From: Rhizophagus irregularis
Taxonomy: Eukaryota
DNA: 64,000 nt
Reading direction: 5' to 3'
NCBI RefSeq assembly: GCF_026210795.1
Contig: NC_089429.1
Span: forward strand, 1,550,001 to 1,614,000
In this document: piece after piece, positions 13,801 to 27,831 of the stretch
Layout of the letters: every line of letters starts with the position of its first letter
Position numbering within the stretch: position 1 is the stretch's first letter
Made by a program: the position numbers and the translations under genes
The notes under the pieces: generated by a model
Databases searched by the model: none
The model's input: only the letters and a program-made list of their open reading frames with translations
What the model was told of the DNA's origin: nothing

Positions 13801-14058
13801 ATTACATACAGTATTGTTATGCATTAGCTCTTCGTTAAAGAACTTTTAAATTTAAAACGGATTTTTCCGTTATTAAAAATTCCATGAGGAAATATAGAAA
13901 TACTATCGTATCATTAACAGAAAGTTCCATCTTTATCAAACTCTTAATAGTGTATCATTCAGATTTCAGATATAAATAAAATACGTTTAAATTTTTTCAA
14001 ATTCATTATCATTTTTGATACTTGTTTAATAACATATACTAATAATTAACATGATAAA

Positions 14059-16538
14059 ATGGAATTGGTGAATACGAATGATGAAAATTCATTTGACCCG
14101 ACGCCAAGATTAAAATCTAGTCCTATACCAATTAAATTTCTTTCTTTTAATAGAGGTGATGAAAAGTGTTTTAATTGTGGAGAAGAATATATTGAGACAC
14201 TTCTTTGTTTTTGGCAAAATTATTGCAAAAAATGTTTATCGCGTTATATTAATGATATAACTGATAATAGTAATACATACTTGGACGTATATATTTACAC
14301 AATGGACTTGGAATGTAGTAATCATGAAATAAATAGGACAAAAGTATCACAAAATATTCAAGAATTCTGTGGAAATTGTGAGAGAATTTTATGCTTTAGA
14401 CAAATATATGGATATATTCGAAGTAATTATGGTATTGATAATGATAAAGTGGTTGAAAAGGTGGTTGGAAGTAAACAAGATTGTAAATTATGTGGAAAGT
14501 CGTTATCACTCAAATATGAAGTATCAGTAATTCTTGCATTATGTTCGGATTGTTATCTAGTTTCTTCTGAATGGATAGAATCAACTTGGGTTAAAAAGCG
14601 AATTTTGATTCTTTACTTACCATGGTGGCATAATGGTCCTTATTGTGACGCATGTAATTCAAAGTTAATATTTACATCAGATTGTCAAAAGTATTGTGCG
14701 AATTGTTGTATATTTTATGTTGGATGCAGATATTGTTTAACAACAAACATTATTTTTGGACCTATACTTGAATCTAAATGTAAAAAATGTAAAAGAATAT
14801 CACTTATCATAAATAGTAGAGAATACAGCGATATTGATGTTTTTCTTCTTAATAATGTTTTACACGGTAACTTTGAGTTATCTGACACTGTAAATATTGT
14901 AAAAAATATTGGTGAAATTTTTAATATAAACGATAGTTTAAATACTCTATTTAAAACACGAAAAAGTAAACCACCAATTAATTGGACACCGTATTTTCAA
15001 TTTGAAAATGTAAAAGAAATGACAAAAGGAGGTTATGGTATTATACATAAAGCAACTTGGTTGAGTAATAATGAAACTGTCATTTTAAAAAGATTTGAAA
15101 ATTCTAAAAATAGTAGAAAATATTTCTTGAATGAGGTAAATATTTTAAATATTCATTGAATAATTTTTTGTTAAAATTAATCTTTAATTAAAATCTTTAA
15201 ATTTTATAGTTAGAATCATATCGATATTGCATTGACGAATCACTTCGTGGTCATATAATCAAAATTTATGGTTTTACAAGGGATCCTGAATCAGAAGATT
15301 ATATATTAGTTATGAAATATGCGTCAGAAGGAGATTTACATAAATACTTACAAAAGAGCTTTAAAAATATTACATGGAATAATCAAAAACTACGTATATT
15401 ATGGCAAATTTCAGAAGGGTAATTATATTTTAAACATATTCATTATATTCACAAATTTAAATTATTAATTTTTTTTAATTTAGACTTGAACATATCCATT
15501 ATAATAAATTTATACATCGAGATTTTCATAGCGGAAATATATTATTCGATTTAAATAGTAGTCGTACAGGCAAAAATTATCAATGGAAAATTGGTGATCT
15601 AGGATTATCACATTCTGTAGATAATAAATCATCAAATAATGAAATATATGGAGTTATACCTTATATTGCACCAGAAATATTTAAAGGGTCAGCATTTTTT
15701 AAAGAAGCTGATGTTTATAGTTTGGGTATGATTATGTGGGAACTTACAACAGGTTGTAAACCTTTTTCTAATGTTAAACATGATCATAGTCTTGTTTATA
15801 AAATTCTTGATGGAGAACGACCTGAAATTACAGAAGACACTCCAGAATGTTATGCTAATTTAATGAAAAGTTGTTGGGATCATGATCCAAAAAAAAGACC
15901 TTCTATAAAAGTGATTCGTAATACATTTGGTAGTTGGGCTTTTAGAGGTAAAAACAAAGCAGAATTTGAACAAGCTGAAGCAAAACGAAAGAAACTGATA
16001 GAATTAAAGAAGATTGGACCTGAATTTGCTGAAAAATATCACTCGGAGGCAATTTATACAAGTAGACTATTAAGTGATATAATTTCAAAATGTTCATCCA
16101 CTAATTCATTTTCAACAATTTCATATGGAAATAAACAAGGTATTACTAAAAATAAAGATAATTATAATTTAAATAATATCCTACTATAATTCATAAGATT
16201 TTTGTTATATACTTTAGATTCTAATTATATCTCAGAAGAATTAGAGCTTGATATAGATACTGAAAGGTATTTCAATTATATTTTAAGTGGTATTATTACA
16301 CTGTATACTAATTAATTGACATCAAATTGTCATTTAGTCTATCATCACAAAATTTAAGTATAAAAACTCAAAATTCTTTAAAGCGAAACATTGAAGAATT
16401 AAATTTTGAAACCGATGACGATAATGGTAAATATTTATTTGGCTTTTATGGTGTTTATTTTCATTTTTTATATATATATTTTTTATTTTAACCAATTCTA
16501 AAATATTTAAAGTAGAAAAACGTATTAAAACTAGATAA
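14059..16538 (+). CDS. Tyrosine-kinase-like protein kinase with Cys-rich (many CxxC) N-terminus, ~6 exons
   Basis: KGGYG, VILK, HRDFHSGN, IGDLG, GVIPYIAPE, DVYSLG, CW...RP. Introns 15136-15209 and 15419-15483 keep the frame; the 3' micro-exons are less certain. Confidence 0.9.
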
Positions 16539-17864
16539 ACTAATTATAGACTCACGGTTATCAATAGAAGTCAATATTTAACTATTTATATAAGATTTTG
16601 TTGTATTTGTTTTTATATATATTCATAATAAATATCACTTAAATTTATTTTTACGAAACATAATTTGTGTTTTAAATGATTATAACTAATATTAAAATAT
16701 TTTATAAATTAATATCAAATATAAAATTCTTAACGAACTTGTTAAATGAAGTAAGTTGCATTCTTAGAAGTTTTTAGTAGATAAAGGACGATAATTTTTC
16801 AGTGAAAAACTTTCATTGTGAAATAAATAATAATTAGGGGAAATTTTTATTCTATTCTCAAAAGTCGTACTGAACTGGTAAAACACCATATATCTAAATC
16901 CTTTTCCTTTATTAGACGTTGCATAAAAATGACTTCAAAATATGCAATGACGAATTTCAACTCATCCGACGTTAACATTAACGGTACAAGAAATAACATT
17001 TTACAAAATCGAAGATTTACCGATTTAACTATAAAACGCTGAGGCGTTGAGCTACAAAGCACTTGAATTTAAAAAAAAAAATATTTCTCCTGATTCACAA
17101 AATGTTCCTTGCAAAAAGTTAATGATTTTTATCTCGTGATTTTAATATTACTATTAAAATCAGAGACAAAATAATTTTGTATCAACTCTCTTAGAATTTT
17201 AAAAAAGCTCTTTCGTGGATTAGATTACGAAAAAAAAGTATTTAATCATTATCGAAGATTTCTTAATTTGATATTATTGATTTCTATATTTTCATCATTT
17301 TTATAATTCTTAGTATATTGTAAGATCCCAAAAAATATCGGGGTGCTAAAAGCCTTATTGTCATAGCAGAATTGCACGATTATCGGTATGTTGCAATTTT
17401 GATATGTTGAATAATAAATAACAGATAATGAAACATGAATGTTTCACATACACAATTTTAATCCAGACGCTACATCCTAAAGCTCACGATAAAATGGATG
17501 TAATAGTTTTTTTTGATAGGATCCATTTGACATTTTTTTTACACTTAAACAATTTATTTATCTATATCGATATTGTTCAAATCAAAGATAATGATTTTAT
17601 TTTTTTCAAAATTAAAATTAATCATTATAACTATAAATTTACTAATTACAATTTTAATAATTTACTTTTGTAAGAAGAAGAAAAAATGGTACGTGATTTC
17701 CTTTTAAAAAATACCTAAAAAAGGTTAGTTCATCTATACTAACGGTATATAAAATTATTCCTGTGAAAAAAATATATATATACTTAAAATAAAATTGTAT
17801 ACTTTAAATAAACTCAAAACTTAAAAATTAAATATACTTAAAAGCGTTCAACGATCCTTCAAAT

Positions 17865-18452
17865 GGGATCCTCCCGAAATCCCGACAACCATAATCCCGA
17901 TGTGATAAAATCTTGACACTCCTATTCCTGACTAAGACAATATCCCGAATGATTAAAATACTGAAAGAATTATATCCCGAATAGTCCAAAATCTGGAATT
18001 CAAAATTCCCGAAAGTTCAAGTTACTGATGAGTCAAAATCCCGACACAATAAAGAAAAGAATTTTTTCATGTGACCATTTATGTAATAAATCGTAGTGAT
18101 TGCACAATTGTTAATAATTTGCATAATTTGCCAAGGAGTTATTATGTCAATTACTACTGCGTGATCTCACTATATATTATACTGTAACATGTAAGTCATA
18201 AATCAAAATTGCAATTTTTTATCATTTAAATTGGAAATAGTGCATATGTATTGTATATATGATTGTATTAATTGTCGCAAATAATATAATCAGTAGGAAA
18301 TGATCTTCCTAGTAAACAAAAATCAAAGAGATACTCAAAATTATAATATTGTGTTGGGATTTTGATCGGTCAGTATATTGTCTCTTTAGGAATACGTGCC
18401 TCAGGATTTTATCATATCGGGATTATGCTTGTCGGGATTTCGTGGTAAACCC
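17865..18452. mobile_element. Non-autonomous TIR element (MULE- or hAT-like MITE)
   Basis: Long imperfect TIRs GGG..CGAAATCCCGACAA.CATAATCCCGAT / reverse complement; CTTCAAAT direct repeat at 17857-17864 and 18453-18460. Confidence 0.85.
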
Positions 18453-19083
18453 CTTCAAATAGTCCAGGCTCAGTATGAATTGATTTCGACACTTGATTCA
18501 CAAGAATCTCAATAAACTTAATGACAAGTTGAAAAGTAAAATTATGTTTTCATTATCATTCTCAGAAAAATTCGCATTTTTGTCATGAAATCATCAATGA
18601 ATAAGGGAATTTGATCGATCTTGTTCTTGAATTGATATCGTAAATAACTTTACATTTTAAGCCTTAAAGATGTGACATGATTAGTTTTAAATTAAAAGGA
18701 TGTCAATATTTAGAATGGAAAATACTCACCGGAAACTTGACTTTCTTGAAATCAAATTCAAATCATGATATTATAGCATTAAAAATCGCCAAACTACACC
18801 AAGAACAGTCCAAGAACTTGAATAGTACAATGTATTGGGAATAATAATATTTAGATATTTGTAATGTATAAGATCAAAAACTATTTAAAGAAAAATCAAG
18901 TTAATAATTATTAATATTGACAAATAAAATACGCAACCTATTATAGCGAAAGTGAGTAAAATGTAATACCTTAATATTAATAAAAATTTAATAATAGCAG
19001 AATAATAATAATTTAAATAATATAATAATTACCGAAAATAATCGTCCGGATCATGTGCACAGATCATGTGTAACCGACGACCA

Positions 19084-19388
19084 TAGCGTCGCCTCCAAAA
19101 AATGGTAGCCGGATTATTTTGCCAGTTCTTTAGTGTTAGGGTTAGGATTAGGGTTGGGATTAGGGTAAGGGGATTAGGATTAGGATTAGGATTAGGGTAA
19201 GGGGATTAAGGGTTAGGAATTCGTCACATAATGTCACACCTAACGTTTCTTTAATTTTATAATTATTCTGAGGACTTAGAAAATTTTTTATACGTAAAGT
19301 ACTAAATGTCACGTATTATTTATCACCTCTCAATAATATATGTAACCCGGCAAATTAGAACCGGCTACCATTTTTGGAGGCGACGCTA
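19084..19388. mobile_element. MITE with ~29-bp TIR containing a telomere-like repeat tract
   Basis: TAGCGTCGCCTCCAAAAAATGGTAGCCGG ... CCGGCTACCATTTTTGGAGGCGACGCTA; TTAGGG/TTAGGA run at ~19136-19218. Confidence 0.85.
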
Positions 19389-20055
19389 GGGTGGTTATGT
19401 GTAACCTGGCAACAAATCCTGCTACCATTTTTTTTAACCAACAGATATTTATTTACCGTTACTTAAATAAACAACTAGTTACACGCACCCATACTCTTCA
19501 GCTAAATGTTATAAATAAAAAGTATAAAATAATTATGATCATAGAACTCAGAAGGATATTTAAAAACAATTTTATGTGGAATTCTGATGCCTCAAATACT
19601 CGAGTTGAAAAAACCCACAATTAAAAGAGTATACACATTTTAAGCCAATAATAAATTTTTTTTTTCTGTCACGCCTCACACCTTATACCCGTATTGTACT
19701 GTATATCCTTTTAAGTTAGTAATGTTTAAATAATTTTTGAATATTTAAGTATTTTTTAGTAAGGCATAATGATGAATTATCTTATTTAATAGTTAAATTA
19801 TCAACTTAAACGTGCATAGTACCAACATTTTTTAATAGGCATTTCACAACTTAATGAGTTTTATTCATTTAGCAATATCATATTTTTTCACTGCGAATTT
19901 ACTGAAAGAAAAAGTGGTTGAAGAATAAAAAAATATTTATTCTCCTGAAATTATTTGTTACATCAGTTTAACACGCTATATAATTAACTAGCCCAGTCGA
20001 ACCGGCAATTTTTGCACAGTCACGTGATCGCTTTTTATTCATCACATAGTCACGC

Positions 20056-22147
20056 CAGAGACCCGGGAAAATTCCATTTTTATAATAAATGAATAAATCG
20101 GAATTTTTGCTGTATTATGGAATAAAATGGAATTTTCATAAATTTTAATGATTTTATTCCAACACGTGATAATTAACCAATCATAGGTGTGGATTAGCGT
20201 ATTTAAATTTCATTTTCATCCCTTAAAAAATTTTTTAATCAAAATGCCTCCAACTTCAACGGTTACTGTTTTTTCGCGTGCACGAGAATTTTCTGAAGAC
20301 TTTTTTGCGGATAATGGAAAACTTATGTGCCGTTTTTGTGATCATAGTATTAATTTTCAAACAAAAAATACAATTACTGCTCATATAGGTTCTAAAACAC
20401 ATATTCGTAATAAAAATGAGAAAAAAGAACAACAAATAAAAAAAAGACAACCAACTATTCAAACTATCCTTAATGCATCTGAAACTGCTGTAAATAATTT
20501 AGTAGATGCATTTGTAACAGCTGATATTCCATTAGAAAAAATAGATAAACTTCAAAATTGGTTGCGTAAAAATTGTAATGAAGGAGGCTTTATTCCAAAA
20601 TCAGATACTTTGCGTCGTGATTATTTACCAAAATTATTTGAAGATCATGTTAATCAACTCAAAGAATATTTTCGTGGCAGACAAGTTTCAATTATTATAG
20701 ATGAAACTACAGATAGTAAAGCACGAAGTGTAGTTAATATACTTTTTAGCTATAATGGTGTAACAAAATTAGTTCATGTTGATTATTTAGAAAATGTTAA
20801 CAATTGTACAATTGGACAACTTTTAATTCAAACTTTGGTTCAATGGGGAATTTCTTTTGATCTACCACAACTAATTGCATCAGATTCTGCAGCCTATATG
20901 AAGAAATGCTATCGTGATGTATTAAAACCACTCATGCCGCAACTAGTCCATCTGCCTTGTTTAGCACACATATTAAACCTTATTGGGTTAGTATATTTTT
21001 TATTTAATATAAATTGAAAATAATTAATTGACACCCACGCCTCTCTAAAAAATAAAAATATTTTAAATTACTTTTTAATGTATTAATAAGTTGTGCATCA
21101 ATTACTTGCAAATATCAAACAAACTTTCGTCTATAGTAGAAGTCGAAAAGTACGTTACATATCATATCTTCAACGTCAAGGAGTATCTAATCCAAAAAAT
21201 ATACCTTTATCTAATACAACAAGATGGAATACTTGGTTTCGTATGGCATTTCATGTATATCAAAATTTGGATTATATTCGTGGATTTTATAATGAAGAAG
21301 GCAAAGAAAATTCAACTCCAATAATTGAAAAGATAAATTCAGCTTTCACAGACCAACAAATCAATGGGTGTATTGAAATATATTTAACATTTATTCAGGA
21401 AAATGCACAGCAATTTGTAGCTGACCTTGATTTTTTTCAACAAGAAAATAAACCAATGTTTCCATTTATTGAACAAAGATTACAACAGCTTGAAGCACGA
21501 ATAACTATGGGAAAAACTATGACTAATGTTGGATCAACTATGGATTTAGTATTACAAAAATTTAATTCTCCTTTAACAGCATTTTGTCCAGTATTTCAAC
21601 AAGCATATCACGCAGCTTACAAAAAACTTGAAGATCATGTATTACAACATCCTGCACGTTCTTTATTTAGAGCTGTTCAAGTTTTTGACCCACGATTTTT
21701 ATCATTAACAACTGCTAATCGAGATATCTACTCCTATAAAATTATTAGAGAACTGGCTAATCCATCAACGTTTCTTATTCAAGAATGGTCAATTCATGTC
21801 AATATAAATTTAAATCTTATAGAATTTTCTGAATTAAATGAATTTTGGGATAAAGTTTCATTACAACTTCCTCTTTTAGAAAAAATAGCACGAAATTATA
21901 TATGGTTGCCAATCTCTTCCTGTGCGGTAGAAAGAAGTTTTTCTGCATATAATAAAATTTTAGATGACGATAGACAAAACTTAAGTCCGGAATCACTTAG
22001 ATTTCTTACTATGATGTATTTTAATAACCAAAATAGCGATAAATAATTACTATAATTAGTAAAATTTATATTGGAATAAAATCGGAATTTTTGCTGTTAT
22101 CGTGATAAAAATTTATGATTTGATATCGGAATATTCCCGGGTCTCTG
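20056..22147 (+). mobile_element. Full-length hAT DNA transposon
   Basis: TIR CAGAGACCCGGGAA(A/T)ATTCC at both ends; perfect 8-bp TSD AGTCACGC at 20048-20055 and 22148-22155; internal transposase. Confidence 0.95.
20244..22046 (+). CDS. hAT transposase (BED/CGGBP1-like zinc finger, DDE core, hATC dimerisation domain), 2 exons
   Basis: CRFC...H..SKTH, IIIDETTD, SDSAAYM, CLAH, TRWNTW, PISSCAVERSFS. The exact splice junction is ambiguous (see findings). Confidence 0.88.
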
Positions 22148-23219
22148 AGTCACGCCCCGTCCGAGTTTCACTGTTTATATTTATCTGAGGGACTTGTTTT
22201 TTTCGAGTAGGTAAAACATTATTCATCACACCTTATTCGTCACTGTTTATTTTCACGTGTTAGTGCATAATGCCGTAATGCGGCCCTGTGTGCAAAATTT
22301 TGCTGGTGCGGCTGGGTAGTTCTATATAATTAGACAAGCTGCGCCGTGTGAAATCAAAAATCACATGATCAATACAATCATGAGTCATCATTGTATCATG
22401 CATTATATTATATATAATATTTACGCAATTTTTTATATTCTGTCGTATCTCCACTATCGTCATTTCTTACACCTTTCTCTTTCAGTTTGATCGTCCATTA
22501 TTAAGCATATTTATGATCATATTTATATTGTATGATTTGCCAGTTCCTGCTGACGGTTATAAAATAATACGGCCATTTAATACCATCGTTTTACCCACAT
22601 ACATTTTCCACCTTTTTCATTATTATTATAATAATGAAAAGTGGGAAGCTCAATGAAAAATCTTTTGCTTTATTAAAATCATTTATCTTTTATTTTTCAA
22701 AGAAATCATCTAACGTTTTTTGTATGATGTCTTTAAAAAAAGGTGGATTGACAGATTTACAAATTTTATATCAAGACATGGTTTTGGCATGTTAATCGAT
22801 TCTAGAAAAAATTATAACGTCGTAAAAAGCTGAATAAAAATCGGATGTCCCTGAAGAAACTCCAGACAATTGTACTTTTCATCATCTATGAACAAATAAA
22901 AAATTCTTACACACAAATATACAACGTCACAGATGTTACTACTACAAATACTAAAATAAGATTGATTATGTCATAAATCTTTATTGAGCAAAAAGAAGCA
23001 ATTGATCTTCATATACACGCGTCATATCATAACGTAAGAGATTTTTTTTTGTGGTTGCTGTACAGAATTGCTGGTAGTGACACATTATCCTAATACACAT
23101 CGTTTACGTTAAAGTTCAAATCCTAAATTTAGGCAAGACTTTATTAATAATTATTAGATGTGGTAAAAGTAATGATTTTTGTACAAAGCGAAAATGGTAT
23201 AATATCAGCAAAAAATATG

Positions 23220-24332
23220 GGTTACGGTACGTTTTGCCGAAAGCCACTTTGCCGAAACCCATTTCGCCGAAGCCATTTCGCCGAAGGGATGTTTTGCCGA
23301 AAAGATGTTTCGCCGAAGAGACGTTTCGCCGAAAGGATGTTTCACCGAAGCCGTTTCGCCGAATCATCCATTTCGCCGAAAGGACGTTTCGCCGAAACCC
23401 ATTTTGCCGAAGCCATTTCGCCGAAAAGATGTTTCGCCGAAAGCCATTTAGCCGAAAATGATAGAAATATTACTTTTATAAAATTATTAATCGTGCAATC
23501 ATGAAAATAATTTTTTTTTTATTTATTTATTAATCTCTTAATCTCTTCATGAACCTTAATTCGTAATTCATGTAAGATTATATGATGGTTTTACAATACT
23601 GTAAAGATGGAAATTTGAGAAATTACTATATGAATAAAAAATTAGATTATTATTCAAAAATTGATAAATTACAACAAATTGCAAGTGGACTTCTGGATAT
23701 TCATAATTCTGGAAAAATAATTGTTAATTAACAAAATTATAGTAAAAATGCCTTGCAATTTCTTATTAATAAAGTGTGAACCAGAAGGCTCATAATTTAT
23801 ATTTATATACATTTTAACGTATATTAATGGATTTTTTAAAAAAAAGTAATATAAAAAAAATAAAAAATTATCCTATTTTAAGGCTAACAGTTTATTTTGT
23901 AAAAAAAAATTTTTAATTTTTCCAATTATCAACTTTTTTTAAGAATTATTTGTGAAATTGTAAGATTTACAAATGTTACAATTTAATACTTGAATAAAAT
24001 AGATCCAATGTCAGAGTTTTCTCAGTAAAAATTTCAGCCAATTCGGCTAAAAATTGACCGATTTACCTATGTAAGAAACGCAGATTTCCAAAGGTTTCGG
24101 CAAAACGTTCTTTCGGCGAAATGGCTTCGGCGAAATGGGTTTCGGCAAAATGTCCTTTCGGCGAAATAGCCATTCGACAAAATGGCTTCGGCAAAATGGG
24201 TTTCGGCGAAACGTCCCTTCGGCGAAATGGCCCTTCGGCGAAATGTCTCTTCGGCGAAACATCCCTTCGACGAAATATACCTTCGGCGAAATGGCTTCGG
24301 CAAAATGGCTTTCGGCAAAATGTCCTGATACC
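23220..24332. mobile_element. Non-autonomous Mutator-like element (Pack-MULE-like) with tandem-repeat TIRs
   Basis: GG...CC termini; ~240-bp arms built of TTTCGCCGAA repeats in opposite orientation; 9-bp TSD AAAAATATG at 23211-23219 and 24333-24341. Confidence 0.9.
23576..23720 (+). pseudogene. Captured TKL kinase fragment inside the MULE
   Basis: Translates DYMMVLQYCKDGNLRNYYMNKKLDYYSKIDKLQQIASGLLDIHNSGKI, matching kinase subdomains V-VIa of the kinases in this window. Confidence 0.8.
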
Positions 24333-24418
24333 AAAAATATGACATGCTTTCACGTGATTAGGTCATAAATACGAGACTGCGCAAGTTATTTCACATTTCC
24401 GGTAAATTCTATAGTTTT

Positions 24419-24551
24419 GGGTCTGGTACAAAATCCCGAATGTCAAAATCCCGAAAATCCCGAACCAGGCAGCATTATGCTTAATGCTGGCCAATTTTTT
24501 GGGATTTCGTACCATTCGGGATTTTGACATTCGGGATTTTGTACGGATCCC
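24419..24551. mobile_element. Small MITE
   Basis: GTACAAAATCCCGAATGTCAAAATCCCGAA inverted at both ends; TSD not clear. Confidence 0.8.
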
Positions 24552-26430
24552 GTTTTGGTTTTCTATCGCTAATAATTACGATCCACATTTTTTATCCTTA
24601 AATACAAATACATTAATTATGTCCGATAAAAGCAAAATTTCGTTTATTTATATCATTTATATCATTCACGGATCATGTAAATCACGTTTAATTGATCACA
24701 TGAATCATTTGATCAAGGCATATTTTTTACTTATTCTATTTAATATATTTAATTATAATTATGATTAATTATGGTAATATTTTTTAATGAAAATAGGATC
24801 ATTAACTGGTTCATATTTTTTTTCAACCGCAAGATTTATACCAAGAATTACAAATGATGTGAAATAAAATTTTTATCGCTATAAAAAGTATGCTAATCGG
24901 TATAAATATTGAAAAAAAAATTATTTACATTATCAAATATAACATTTTAAGTTTGATCGATCAATTATTAAAATTTCGATCAATCATTTATTTATTATTA
25001 TTTTCTCGAGCCTGGAACCACCATTGATTCGAACCGATCAATGACTGAACATCAAGTTCATTATATCAACGATTATAATGCAAATGGTTAATCCTTATAA
25101 TTTTAAACCCGGGGCTACCGGCAACTTGGGATCTAGTCCAGATGGCTATTTGTAATTCCATGGTCGATCAGGTATTTAGACGGGAATATGTTTATAGTAA
25201 ATAAATAATTGCTCTGACCAATAAAAGCAATTACTGTATGTATCAAGAAAATCAATTTTTGAATAATATCAATTTTTTGAATAATATTAAAAAAATTGTA
25301 AAAATTATTATTATTATAATAATTTTTTTTTTTTTTTAAGTTTTAAATCTAAACTAATAATATTTCAAATGCATAAAATTAATAAATATTCGCAAGGTAA
25401 ATAAATCCACATACATATATATATTCGGTTAATAAGTTTTTAAACTTCTTCAATAATAATTTATTTATTTATTTATTTCAGAATTAAATTCTTAGATTGT
25501 ACGTTCTAAAAAAAGATGACATCATTAATCCGATTTAAAATCACGGAAAAATAAATATTTAGAAAGTCGTCAGAAAAGGTTTTATTCATAAATAACTTAA
25601 ACGGTTAATGCTTATTTAAATATAATAATTGTCAATATCAATTATACAAATAACGAAATTTGGCGTAATTTAAAACAAGTACAACCGTTCCCCTTGCATC
25701 AATAAATTCAGGTGGCGCTAATTGTTGATCCTCACAAATATCACAGTACATAGTAGTAAAGGTAACTGCAATCGTATGAAAATCAAGAAACAAATAATTA
25801 CTTATTTTAAAATAAAAATAAAAATTTCGTTATAGAATTAATTTATAAATTTACGTAAGCTCCTAATCTTTCCACAACTAGACCACTAATAATGAGGCTT
25901 AATACGTTCTTCAATTCTTTTATTAAGTAATCGTTCTTTTTTTGTTATTCCAATTCTTTCATTAAGTAATTTAAAAATTGAATTAAACCTAACGATTGTA
26001 ACCTATTGATGTAGGTCTTTTACAACAAAAACAAATGACCAATAATCGAGTTTTTTGATTTTTTGGAGTTTAAAATAACTCCATTTTTATTGATAGATCG
26101 TACAAAATATTTTCATAAAACAAATATATTCTAAACTTACTTTAGCGAAGAAATAAATCCGATCCACCAAACAGTCTACATGCATGAGTTATCCGTCGTC
26201 AGTTTATAACTAATAAGAGATACGAGCTTTTCTCGAACATAAAATTAAAAAACAAGAAATATGGTACTCTAGAATTATCTTTTCTGAACTTTTAATAGTT
26301 TCTATTTGATAAATTATTTTAGTCTATTGTTTTTATTTAACGCTGCCTATTGCTGATTTAACTTTTTCCGCCATCATTAGGAGAATAAACCACTATTAAT
26401 GAATTTGCTAGTGATCTGAGGCGTCCATTT

Positions 26431-26612
26431 CCCTGTAAAACAAGTCGATCTGTTTTTTATATTCCATTTTTTTTTCCGTAAAAGGCTCATATTTCCGGAA
26501 TTAATAATCTTATATCACGGAATTTATCGATTTATTTATCCGTGAATGGATCCGGGAAAGGCTCATTTTTACGGAGTTTTTACAGAAATAACGGATAAAA
26601 TTTTTTATAGGG
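26431..26612. mobile_element. EnSpm-like MITE with CCC..GGG termini
   Basis: CCCTGTAAAA ... TTTTATAGGG, flanked by TTT on both sides; internal TCCG/CGGA repeats. Confidence 0.55.
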
Positions 26613-26889
26613 TTTTATTTAAAGAGTGATTCAATAATTTATAAGGAAAAAATGTGTAATTCGGATTCTTTTTTGAACGGCTAAATATTTTTTGCGAATG
26701 ATAAGGATTATCAGTAAGATCATGTTAACAATTTAAATAATAATATTCGTTCACCGAAGAAAATAAAGGTCAAAAAGTGTGGGTAAAAATTTTATTACCT
26801 AAAACTTCTACTATTAAAGTCAATAGTCTATATATAATATATATTTCGAATGTACTATATATTTATTGTACTGCACATGTATAGTTTTA

Positions 26890-27028
26890 CACAGCAACTC
26901 TTGATATAACGAACTCGAAATTTTCCCAGCACGTGACATTTAACCAATCGAATATCTCTTGTTATAACGAATCAGCCAATTCAATTCTTTCTATAATCTT
27001 TTGGGTTCGTTATATCGAGAGCTGATTG
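26890..27028. mobile_element. Tc1/mariner(pogo)-type MITE
   Basis: CTCTTGATATAACGAAC / GTTCGTTATATCGAGAG inverted ends with TA on both flanks. Confidence 0.7.
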
Positions 27029-27831
27029 TACTACCAATTTAAATGATTGACATATTAGTAATGATAAATAAAAAAACCTTAAAAGAAAATAATTGTTTCA
27101 CAATAATGTCATATTACTATTCTTTGTTTCACAACTTAGACCATTCCGACTATTCCGTAGATGATCTATGATGATTTCGGAGATTTCCTTATCAATCACT
27201 CTAAATCTGATTGGTTCATAAATCATCTATATTTGTTTGCGAGAAAAAAAATAAACGAACGACGAAAATTCAGAATTTATTATGATAAAATAAACAAGTA
27301 AATAAATAACGAAATTTGTTTATTATTATTTTTTTTTTACAAAAAAAAGAAATAAAATAATCACCAATTATATAATTACATAATTAAATTTTCAAATTAA
27401 ATAAAAAAGTGATATGCGAATATTAAAAAGTATAATGACTTTCGATATATGAATTTACGGATTTTCCATGTGTTTCGAGATATGACCGTTGAATTTACTG
27501 GATTATAAAGTGTTAGGATTTAATGATATATCTTTGAATGCAAATTACATTTCAGTATTATAAATTATCGGGATTTCAAATTTCGGGATTGTAACGTTCA
27601 GTATTATTAAATCTTATAATTTGAATTCAAGGTATCATAACATAATTTTTATGTTTGTTGTAAAGAATTTAAAAAATTTGTATGATCGCTTTATTTATAT
27701 ATAATAAAATGAAATTTTTTTTTCTATTTAATATGAATGAATATAAAATTTATGAAAGCTTTATTTACGTATAATAATAAAATGTCCTTTATTTACATAG
27801 AAATAATTATATATTAAAAAACTAAAAAATA

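Larger units (their letters stand above)
19986..22321. mobile_element. Older MITE (host of the hAT insertion)
   Basis: Imperfect inverted ends AACTAGCCCAGTCGAACCGGCAATTTTTGCAC / GTGCAAAATTTTGCTGGTGCGGCTGGGTAGTT flank the hAT element. Confidence 0.6.

Noticed and set aside
19136..19218. True telomere or chromosome fusion site
   Set aside because: Short, degenerate, single orientation and enclosed by TIRs
23116..24368. Eight overlapping FRR/SPK/FAE ORFs
   Set aside because: Translation by-products of the TTTCGCCGAA TIR repeats
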